Under the pieces are notes generated by a model. That model saw only the letters and a program-made list of their open reading frames with translations. It did no database searches and was not told where the DNA came from. Shown piece by piece: positions 17,753 to 24,588 of a DNA stretch of 32,000 nucleotides; position 1 is the first letter of the stretch; each line of letters begins with the position of its first letter. Where the stretch lies: assembly GCA_030167145.1 (NCBI GenBank), contig CP126532.1:1530001-1562000 (forward strand), read 5' to 3'. The stretch is from Ktedonobacterales bacterium (GTDB lineage Bacteria; Chloroflexota; Ktedonobacteria; Ktedonobacterales; JADMIN01). The translations under genes and the position numbers were made by a program.

Positions 17753-20700
17753 ATGCCCAGCATCGCCATCGCCCCCAGTCACAAGGCCATCGAACGCTAT
17801 TATGCCGAACTGGCGCAGATACGCAGCGTCGGCGCGGATTACGAGCAGGCGACGCGCGCCGCGTTCCAGGCGCTGCTGACGGCGTGCGCCCCCACCGTCG
17901 GCTGGACGCTGATCCTGGAGCAGCCGCTGGCCAATGGCAAGCGTCCCGATGGCACGCTGCGCGACGCCTACTTTGCGCGCGGCTACTGGGAGGCCAAGGA
18001 TACGCGCGACGACCTCGACGGTGAGATCAAGAAGAAGCGCGAGGCGGGCTATCCCGTCACCAACACCATCTTCGAGGATACGCGCCGCGCGGTGCTGTTC
18101 CAGGGTGGGCGCGTGGCAATGGATGTGGACATCACCGAGCGGCGCAACCTGGCCGACCTGCTCACCGCGTTCTTTGGGTACGTCGAACCCGAAATTGCGA
18201 CCTTCGAGGCGGCGATTACCGAGTTCAAGGGGCGCATCCCCGAACTGGCGGCGAGCCTGAAGGAGTTGATTCGCACGCAGGAAGTCGAGAATGCGGCGTT
18301 CAAGTCGGCGCTGGCGAGCTTCTATACGCTCTGTCAGACCTCGCTGGACCCGAATATCTCGTGGGAAACGGTGCGCGAGATGCTGGTGCAGCACCTGCTG
18401 ACCGAACGGCTGTTTCGCACGGTGTTCCAGAATCCCGATTTCGTGCGCCGCAATGTGATCGCGGCTGAGATCGAGAAGGTGATTGACGCGCTGACCAGCA
18501 AGGCGTTCAATCGGGGCGAGTTCTTGCGCTCGCTGGCGCGGTTCTACGTCGCCATCGAAGCGGCGGCGCAGGGATTGGAGGATTGGAGCGAGAAGCAGCA
18601 TTTCATGAACGTGGTCTATGAGCGGTTCTTCCAGGGCTACTCGACGAAGCAGGCCGACACCCACGGCATCGTCTATACGCCACAAGAGATCGTGGACTTC
18701 ATGTGTACCAGCGTGGAGGAGGTGTTGCAACGCGAGTTCGGCAAGTCGCTCTCGGATACGGGCGTGCAGATACTCGATCCGGCGACGGGAACCGGCAGCT
18801 TCGTGGTGAATCTGCTGCGGCGCATCTCCGGCGCGACGCTAGAACGGAAGTACCGCGAAGACCTGTTCGCGAACGAGATCATGCTGCTGCCGTACTACAT
18901 CGCCTCGCTGAACATCGAGCACGCCTATTACGAGCGCACCGGCAGCTACCTGCCCTTCGAGGGGCTGTGCTTCACCGACACGCTGGAACTGGCCGAGGCG
19001 CGGCAGATGAGCCTCTTCGTGGAGCGCAACCACGACCGCGTGGAGCGCGAGAAGGCCGCCGACATCATGGTGGTGATCGGCAACCCGCCGTATAACGTGG
19101 GCCAGGAGAACGAGAACGACAACAACAAGAACCGCAAGTATCCGGTGATTGATGGCCGCATCCGCGAGACATATGCGAAGGACTCGAAAGCGACACTGAA
19201 AACCAAATACTACGATGCCTATGTGAAATTCTTTCGTTGGGCAACGGATCGCCTGCAAGGGCGTGACGGCATCGTTTGCTTCATTACCAACAATGCCTTT
19301 GTACGCAAAGACTTGCTAGATGGCATTCGCAAGCACTTGGCCCAAGATTTCACTACAATTTATCACCTTGACTTGGGTGGGGACATGCGCGAGGGTGGCG
19401 GAGGCAACGTATTCGGGATTACGCCAGGTGTGGGTGTTACTGTTCTCATTCGCAGACGTGACATCCCTCAGCAAGAAGCTGAGCGCGCTCGCGTTCATTA
19501 CCACAAAGTCGAAGACGCTCTCACAGGCACTGAAAAATTGCATCTGATAGCTAGTATGGGAGGCATTAGCAATTTAGAGTGGGAAGAACTGGATCCCAAC
19601 GAGCATTATGCGTGGATAAATGAGGGGCTGCACCCAGAGTTCGAGTCCTTCATGCCTATTGGCTCCCAGGAGGCAAAAACTTCCCATCTCCTAGATAAAA
19701 CAATCTTCCAAACCTTTTCCTTAGGTGTTGGAACTAACCGAGACGAATGGGTCTATGCCTTTCAGGCAGTCCAACTCATGGACAAAGTGCAAAGGCTTAT
19801 CAAGAACTATAATAGCGAGGTGTTTCGATGGACCCAAGAAGGTAGTGATCCAAAGCGAGTAGACGATTTTGTGAACAATGAGCCTACGTTTGTCAAGTGG
19901 ACAGACAGGCTCAAGGCATCACTTGTCAAGATGGAAATGCTGAGTTTTGATACGAATCAGGTCCGACAGTCACTATATAGACCCTTCTCAAGGCGTTATC
20001 TATATTTCGATCACCTTTTGAACCAACGCCGATACCAACAACACCACATATACCCGACTTCAGACTGTGAATCCGAAAATTCGGCAATGCAAGTCGGAGG
20101 ATATGGTCGTAAGGATTTCTCTGTACTAGCCACAAATTGCATCCCCGATCTCAATTTCTACGCTGACCCAGCCCAATGCTTCCCGCTCTACACCTACGCC
20201 GAGGATGGCAGCGCGCGGCGCGAGAACGTCACCGATTGGGCGCTGGCGCAGTTCCAGGCGGCGTATGGGCCGGAGGTGACGAAACGCGACATCTTCGACT
20301 ACGTCTACGGCCTGCTGCACCATCCGCGGTACCGCGCACGCTACGCGGAGAATCTGAAACGCGAGCTGCCGCGCATCCCGCTGCTGCCCACGCGCGAGGG
20401 CTACGAGGCCACGCGGGCGGCGGGCGCGGCGCTGGCCGCGCTGCACCTGGGCTACGAATCGGTCCGCGAGTATCCGCTGCGGATGCGCGAGACGCCGGGG
20501 GAGCCGGTGGAGTGGCGCGTCAAGAAGATGAAGCTGGTGGGCAAGCCCAATGGGCAGACAGGAATGTCCGCCCCACTGCGGGCAGAGGCCACCCCACAGG
20601 TAGGACAGACATTCTTGTCTGTCAGTGGGCAGACAGGAATGTCCGCCCCACTGCCACAGGTAGGACAGACATTCTTGTCTGTCAGCGCGTCCGCCCCACC

Positions 20701-21016
20701 ATCGGGGGAAACGGCAACGCTGGTGTATAACGACTGGCTCACGCTGGAAGGCATCCCACCAGAGGTCTTCGCCTATCGCCTGGGCAACCGCTCCGCGCTG
20801 GAATGGGTCATAGACCAGTATCAGGTCAGCACCGACACCCGCAGCGGCATCACCAGCGACCCCAACCGCCCCGACGACCCGCAATACATCGTCCGCCTCA
20901 TCCGGCAGGTGGTCACGGTGAGCGTCGAGACAGTGCGGCTGGTGGATGGCCTCGCGCGCTCGGTGGATCTGCTCGCGGCGCTCGGCATAACCGTGGAGGC
21001 GGCGGTCGAGGCGTAG
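17753..21016 (+). CDS. single-polypeptide restriction-modification enzyme: N-terminal PD-(D/E)xK nuclease fused to N6-adenine DNA methyltransferase and a type ISP-like C-terminal specificity domain (type IIG / helicase-less ISP-like, Eco57I/YeeA family)
   Basis: 1087 aa; AAGGAG RBS 9 nt upstream. PDG...EAK nuclease motif (17945-17998). SAM motif I ILDPATGTGSFV. Motif IV VIGNPPY (NPPY = 19082-19093). C-terminal blocks LHHPRYRARYAENLKRELPRIPL and YRLGNRSALEWVIDQYQV, typical of type ISP/YeeA-like enzymes. No helicase domain. Confidence 0.85.
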   Translation: MPSIAIAPSHKAIERYYAELAQIRSVGADYEQATRAAFQALLTACAPTVGWTLILEQPLANGKRPDGTLRDAYFARGYWEAKDTRDDLDGEIKKKREAGYPVTNTIFEDTRRAVLFQGGRVAMDVDITERRNLADLLTAFFGYVEPEIATFEAAITEFKGRIPELAASLKELIRTQEVENAAFKSALASFYTLCQTSLDPNISWETVREMLVQHLLTERLFRTVFQNPDFVRRNVIAAEIEKVIDALTSKAFNRGEFLRSLARFYVAIEAAAQGLEDWSEKQHFMNVVYERFFQGYSTKQADTHGIVYTPQEIVDFMCTSVEEVLQREFGKSLSDTGVQILDPATGTGSFVVNLLRRISGATLERKYREDLFANEIMLLPYYIASLNIEHAYYERTGSYLPFEGLCFTDTLELAEARQMSLFVERNHDRVEREKAADIMVVIGNPPYNVGQENENDNNKNRKYPVIDGRIRETYAKDSKATLKTKYYDAYVKFFRWATDRLQGRDGIVCFITNNAFVRKDLLDGIRKHLAQDFTTIYHLDLGGDMREGGGGNVFGITPGVGVTVLIRRRDIPQQEAERARVHYHKVEDALTGTEKLHLIASMGGISNLEWEELDPNEHYAWINEGLHPEFESFMPIGSQEAKTSHLLDKTIFQTFSLGVGTNRDEWVYAFQAVQLMDKVQRLIKNYNSEVFRWTQEGSDPKRVDDFVNNEPTFVKWTDRLKASLVKMEMLSFDTNQVRQSLYRPFSRRYLYFDHLLNQRRYQQHHIYPTSDCESENSAMQVGGYGRKDFSVLATNCIPDLNFYADPAQCFPLYTYAEDGSARRENVTDWALAQFQAAYGPEVTKRDIFDYVYGLLHHPRYRARYAENLKRELPRIPLLPTREGYEATRAAGAALAALHLGYESVREYPLRMRETPGEPVEWRVKKMKLVGKPNGQTGMSAPLRAEATPQVGQTFLSVSGQTGMSAPLPQVGQTFLSVSASAPPSGETATLVYNDWLTLEGIPPEVFAYRLGNRSALEWVIDQYQVSTDTRSGITSDPNRPDDPQYIVRLIRQVVTVSVETVRLVDGLARSVDLLAALGITVEAAVEA
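20552..20685 (+). repeat. two tandem REPIN-like hairpin doublets inside the RM coding sequence
   Basis: GGGCAGACAGGAATGTCCGCCCC (reverse orientation of the intergenic REP GGGGCGGACATTCCTGTCTGCCC) plus GTAGGACAGACATTCTTGTCTGTC. Present twice (20552-20625 and 20626-20685) and translated as GQTGMSAPL..PQVGQTFLSVS x2. Confidence 0.85.
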
Positions 21017-21048
21017 CGCGCGACGCAGAGGGCGAGAGGAGTAAGATC

Positions 21049-21336
21049 ATGGACTGTAGCGCCGTCATCTTCAGCGGCCACGCCACCCAACGCATGTTCG
21101 AGCGCGGACTTTCCACAGCGGATATACTGTCCGTGATCCAGCAGGGTGAGGTCATCGAAGATTATCCCAACGACACGCCGCATCCAAGCTGCTTACTGCT
21201 GGGATTTGTGGGCGCCACGCCAATACACACGGTCATTGCCAAACACGCCGCTACAGGACGATGCATTGTCGTCACCGTCTATGTTCCCAATCCCACCCGC
21301 TGGAGTGCGGATTTCAAAATCAGGAGAGCGCCATGA
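21049..21336 (+). CDS. DUF4258 domain protein (toxin component of a type II TA pair)
   Basis: 95 aa. IFSGHATQRMFERGLSTADILSVIQQGEVIEDYPNDTPHPSCLLLG...PIHTVIA...VVTVYVP matches the DUF4258 pattern. GAGAGGA RBS. Starts 33 nt after the RM stop. The track start at 20803 overlaps the RM gene and is rejected. Confidence 0.8.
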   Translation: MDCSAVIFSGHATQRMFERGLSTADILSVIQQGEVIEDYPNDTPHPSCLLLGFVGATPIHTVIAKHAATGRCIVVTVYVPNPTRWSADFKIRRAP

Positions 21337-21557
21337 ACTGCGTCATCTGTAAACACGGCGAAACCGTCCCTGGCGTCACCCGTGTGGTGCTTCAGCGCGG
21401 CGAGACCACGGTGATTATCAAGGATGTCCCCGCCGAGATCTGCGACACCTGCGACGAATACTATCTCTCCGAAGCCATCGCCACGCGCGTGCTTGCCCTG
21501 GCAGAGCAGGCCGTAGCTCAGGGCGCGGAGATCGAAGTGCTGCGCTTCGCCGCATGA
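21333..21557 (+). CDS. YgiT-type zinc-finger / MqsA-family antitoxin
   Basis: 74 aa. CVIC...(24 aa)...CDTCDE four-Cys zinc finger and GETTVIIKDVPAEICDTCDEYYL, typical of YgiT/MqsA N-domains. ATGA start/stop overlap with the DUF4258 gene. Confidence 0.8.
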   Translation: MNCVICKHGETVPGVTRVVLQRGETTVIIKDVPAEICDTCDEYYLSEAIATRVLALAEQAVAQGAEIEVLRFAA

Positions 21558-21580
21558 GCCATCGCGCCACCACCACATCG

Positions 21581-21753
21581 CATCCGCCCAAGAGTTGCTC
21601 ATGTAGTGACGTGAGCAACTCTTGAACTCATGTGAACAACTTTAGCATCCGCCCAAGAGTTGCTCACCAATCCAAGAGTTGTCCCTCTCCACATGAGCCA
21701 CAACTCTTGCGCTCCCAGCAACTCTTCACCTCACCCCCCCACCCGCAACTCCC
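21581..21753 (+). repeat. array of about 8 copies of the motif CCAAGAGTTGCTCA / TGAGCAACTCTTG in both orientations
   Basis: 21-nt direct repeat CATCCGCCCAAGAGTTGCTCA at 21581 and 21646. Perfect inverted pair CAAGAGTTGCTCA (21589-21601) / TGAGCAACTCTTG (21612-21624). Further copies at 21672 (+), 21701 (-), 21719 (-) and degenerate ones at 21635 and 21745. Confidence 0.8.
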
Positions 21754-21804
21754 GCTCATCATGCGCCGATAAGGCAGAGGGGTGGAGTTGCGAACCTTTC
21801 TCGC

Positions 21805-21834
21805 TTGACACCCCACTGCGCCCACGTCTACAAT
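21805..21834 (+). promoter_or_regulatory. sigma70-like promoter candidate (TTGACA-N18-TACAAT) upstream of the paa-like cluster
   Basis: Consensus -35 TTGACA at 21805-21810. TACAAT at 21829-21834. About 230 nt upstream of paaA. Confidence 0.5.
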
Positions 21835-21837
21835 ATC

Positions 21838-21859
21838 CATATCTCCATATGGAGATATG
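21838..21859. promoter_or_regulatory. perfect 22-bp palindrome CATATCTCCATATGGAGATATG (operator candidate)
   Basis: Begins 4 nt after the -10 hexamer, so it would cover the transcription start. Both halves read directly; no mismatch. Confidence 0.5.
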
Positions 21860-21940
21860 CTCCCCAGCGGCAACGCTGAGTTCAAGCCGCTTTCCATCAG
21901 CATATTTCGTGGTACACTATGCTCAATCTCGCATCCACCA

Positions 21941-21994
21941 GTGGGGCGGACATTCGATGGCGAGTACAGGTAGGGCGGACATTCCTGTCTGCCC
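21941..21994 (+). repeat. REP copies (one truncated GTGG-headed, one complete GTAG-headed)
   Basis: GTGGGGCGGACATTC (21941-21955, truncated). GTAGGGCGGACATTCCTGTCTGCCC (21970-21994). Confidence 0.8.
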
Positions 21995-22063
21995 GCCTCG
22001 CCCATCGCACGGGGTGAACCGCCCCTGCACACGAACTAATTTCGACATGTGAGGAGATCTGCC

Positions 22064-23008
22064 ATGCACGCTCCCCTGACCGACGCCGAGGTCCGCGAAC
22101 GCATCAGCCAGCACCGGCTGATCGAAGGCATCGAGCACATGAGTCCAGCCTACCTGGAAGGCATGAAGCGCATCCTCACCGTCTCCGCCGATACCGAACT
22201 CATCAGCGCCCCCGCCTACTTCCACGCCGCCCGCCATGCCCCCAACCTCAACACCTTCGGCTCCGCCATCGCCATCATCCAGGACGAGCTAGGTCACGCC
22301 CACATCGCCTATCGCCTGCTCCGCGACCTCGGCGTAGATACCGAAGAACTCGTCTACCGCCGCGACCCCATCAAGTGGAAGTACCCCTACGCCTTCGATG
22401 TGCCACTCGACAGCTTCTACGAACTCATCGTCGCCAACGCCTTCTACGACCGCGCGGGCTACATCCTGCTCAGCGATGTCTACAACAGCACCACCTTTGG
22501 CCCCTGGAAGCGCGCCCTCGTCAAAGTGGACAAAGAAGAAACCTTCCACCTCCGCCACGGCGAGCAATGGGTGCGCAAGCTTGCCCCCGACCCCGCCGAA
22601 CACGAACGCCTGCAACAGGCGATAGACTGGATGTTCCTGCTCACCGTCGAATGGTTCGGCCTCCCCGACGACCTCAAGAAACACACCGAACAGCTTGACT
22701 TCGGCTTCAAAGGCAAGAGCAACGACGGCCTGCGCCAGCAATGGATGAGCACCGCCGTTCCCTTCTGCCAGCAGCACGGCTTCACCGTCCCCGCCCACTT
22801 CGACGACGCCTCCCAGCGCTGGGTGGTGGATTGCGCCTTCCCCGCCGCCTTCGACGAAAAGCACAAGCGCTGGCTGCTCGAAGATGGCGCCATCTCGTGG
22901 AGCGATGTCATGGTCCGCTGGAAGCATCGTGGCCCCATGAACGAAGCGTTCGTCGCCCATGTCCAGCGCGGCAATCGCGGCCTCGCCAAGCTGCTGGAGG
23001 CGGCATAA
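22064..23008 (+). CDS. paaA: PaaA-like diiron oxygenase subunit (1,2-phenylacetyl-CoA epoxidase subunit A family), divergent
   Basis: 314 aa. IQDELGHAHIAYRLLRDLG and KVDKEETFHLRHGEQW correspond to E. coli PaaA VQDEAGHGLYLY and KICKEESFHQRQG (ExxH diiron motifs). GAGGAG RBS 7-8 nt before ATG 22064. Confidence 0.8.
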   Translation: MHAPLTDAEVRERISQHRLIEGIEHMSPAYLEGMKRILTVSADTELISAPAYFHAARHAPNLNTFGSAIAIIQDELGHAHIAYRLLRDLGVDTEELVYRRDPIKWKYPYAFDVPLDSFYELIVANAFYDRAGYILLSDVYNSTTFGPWKRALVKVDKEETFHLRHGEQWVRKLAPDPAEHERLQQAIDWMFLLTVEWFGLPDDLKKHTEQLDFGFKGKSNDGLRQQWMSTAVPFCQQHGFTVPAHFDDASQRWVVDCAFPAAFDEKHKRWLLEDGAISWSDVMVRWKHRGPMNEAFVAHVQRGNRGLAKLLEAA

Positions 23009-23382
23009 TGGCCACTCCCATGCGCTCCGGCGCGACGCCCCCGGCGGGCGCTGCCAGCAGCGCAGCCGCCGAGTATCCGCGTGACCCCCTCTGGGACGCC
23101 CTGCGCGACGTGCCCGACCCAGAACTCGCCATCTCCCTGGTAGACATGGGCCTCATCGTCTCCGCGCGCCTTGACGGCGACTGCGCCCGCATCGAACTCA
23201 CCTACACCGCCATGGGCTGCCCCGCGATGGACATGATCCAGGAGGACATGCACGCCCGCCTGCTCCAACTCCCCGGTGTCGCATCAGTCGAGATCGAGAC
23301 TGTCTGGGAGCCAGTCTGGACCAAAGCCCGCCTCACCCTAGAAGGCCGCGATGCGTTGTTGCTCTCAGGAGTATCCGTATGA
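23008..23382 (+). CDS. paaD: DUF59/MIP18 domain protein equivalent to the N-terminal domain of PaaD
   Basis: 124 aa. VPDPELAISLVDMGLI, LTYTAMGCPA and EPVWTKARLTLEGRDALLLSGV parallel E. coli PaaD IPDPEIPVLTITDLGMV, TPTYSGCPA and [22 protein letters not shown]. It lacks the PaaD C-terminal zinc ribbon. TAATG overlap with paaA; GGAGG RBS. Confidence 0.75.
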   Translation: MATPMRSGATPPAGAASSAAAEYPRDPLWDALRDVPDPELAISLVDMGLIVSARLDGDCARIELTYTAMGCPAMDMIQEDMHARLLQLPGVASVEIETVWEPVWTKARLTLEGRDALLLSGVSV

Positions 23383-23642
23383 GCAAGAAATCTCAGCCAC
23401 CCGCCACGACACCTGCCACCGGCTCCGCCGCGAAATCCCAGCGCGCCCACATCCTCGCCGACCGCATCTGGCTCGTCCTCGCCCGCAAAGCCTATGAAGA
23501 GCCGCTCCGCCAGGTTGGCACCGTCGAAGCCGATGACCCCGAACTTGCCAGCGTCTACGCGCGCAGCATCTATGACGAATTTGCCTGGGTCGAGATGGCC
23601 GTCGTCCCGCGTGATGCCCTCATCACCGTCATCGAATCCTAG
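23379..23642 (+). CDS. paaB: PaaB-like small subunit (short, divergent)
   Basis: 87 aa. The core WLVLARKAYEEPLRQVGTVEADDPELASVYARSIYDEFAWVEMAVVPRDALITV follows the PaaB pattern (W.VF.R...H.GS..A.D...A...AR..Y.RR...IWVV). It lacks the usual C-terminal ~25 aa. ATGA overlap with the preceding gene. Confidence 0.6.
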   Translation: MSKKSQPPATTPATGSAAKSQRAHILADRIWLVLARKAYEEPLRQVGTVEADDPELASVYARSIYDEFAWVEMAVVPRDALITVIES

Positions 23643-23684
23643 CCCATCCCGACGTATCCCAGCGCAGCCGGAGGAACGCTATCC

Positions 23685-24452
23685 ATGTCCACCAGTGACC
23701 CCACCCCCGACCAGCAGCACGCGCTTGCTGGCCTCATCGCCCGCCTCGCCGATAACAAATACTTCCTTGGCCGCCACTACGCCGAGTGGTGCAGCGGCGC
23801 GCCCACCCTCGAATCCGCCGTCGCCGCCGCCGCCATGGCGCAAGACGAGCTGGGCCACGCTCGCGCCCTCTATCCGCTCCTCAAGACCCTGGTTGAGCAG
23901 CCCGGCCCCGAAGTCGAGCCGGAAACCCGCACCGCCTTTGTCAATTTGCCCTTTCTCGATACCTCCTTCGCCAGTTGGGAAGACTTCATCACCGCCAACT
24001 TCCTGATAGACACCGCGCTCACCACCATCTTCGAGGCCGCCGTCACCTCATCCTACGAGCCGCTTGCCGGGCGCAGCCGCAAGACCATCCAGGAAGAGCG
24101 CATGCACTTTGCCCACGGCGAAGCCTGGCTGCGCCGCCTCGCCCGCGAAGGTGGCGCCGTCCGCTCCGCCACCGAAGCCTCGCTGCTCCGCGCCTGGCCC
24201 GAAACGCTCTGCTGGTTCGGCCCCACCGGCGATGGCGACCCTCTCTTCGCCAGCGGCGCGCTCGACGCCACACCCGACACCCTCCGTGCGCGCTTCCTCG
24301 CCAGCGTCGGCCCCACCCTCACCGCCGAATCACTCCAATTACCCCTCCGTCAGACTGCTTCTGGCGCATGGGAACTCACCGAACCCCTCCCCTGGGACCG
24401 CTGGGACGCCGCCACCTACCGCCTCGCCCCCGCCCTCGTCCCCACCCCGTAG
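23685..24452 (+). CDS. paaC: PaaC-like subunit (1,2-phenylacetyl-CoA epoxidase subunit C family)
   Basis: 255 aa. LADNKYFLGRHYAEWCSGAPTLESAVAAAAMAQDELGHARALYPLL matches the PaaC N-terminal helix bundle pattern. GGAGGA RBS. Confidence 0.75.
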   Translation: MSTSDPTPDQQHALAGLIARLADNKYFLGRHYAEWCSGAPTLESAVAAAAMAQDELGHARALYPLLKTLVEQPGPEVEPETRTAFVNLPFLDTSFASWEDFITANFLIDTALTTIFEAAVTSSYEPLAGRSRKTIQEERMHFAHGEAWLRRLAREGGAVRSATEASLLRAWPETLCWFGPTGDGDPLFASGALDATPDTLRARFLASVGPTLTAESLQLPLRQTASGAWELTEPLPWDRWDAATYRLAPALVPTP

Positions 24453-24480
24453 GGGCATGTGCTATGCGTCTATCTCACCA

Positions 24481-24544
24481 GTGGGGCGGACATTCCTGTC
24501 TGCCCGCTGTTCCACCAGTGCGTAGGGGCGTCCGCCGGACGCCC
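24481..24544 (+). repeat. two REP hairpins (GTGG- and GTAG-headed) between paaC and the zinc-ribbon gene
   Basis: GTGGGGCGGACATTCCTGTCTGCCC (24481-24505). GTAGGGGCGTCCGCCGGACGCCC (24522-24544). Confidence 0.85.
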
Positions 24545-24588
24545 TCTGCCCACCGCCCACCAATCACCACACACGAGGATTGCACACC

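Noticed and set aside
21506-21540. tRNA-like D-arm string GTAGCTCAGGGCGCGGAGATCGAAG.
   Set aside because: It lies inside the well-supported antitoxin CDS. No acceptor stem, anticodon arm or GTTCGAATC-type T-arm can be built around it.
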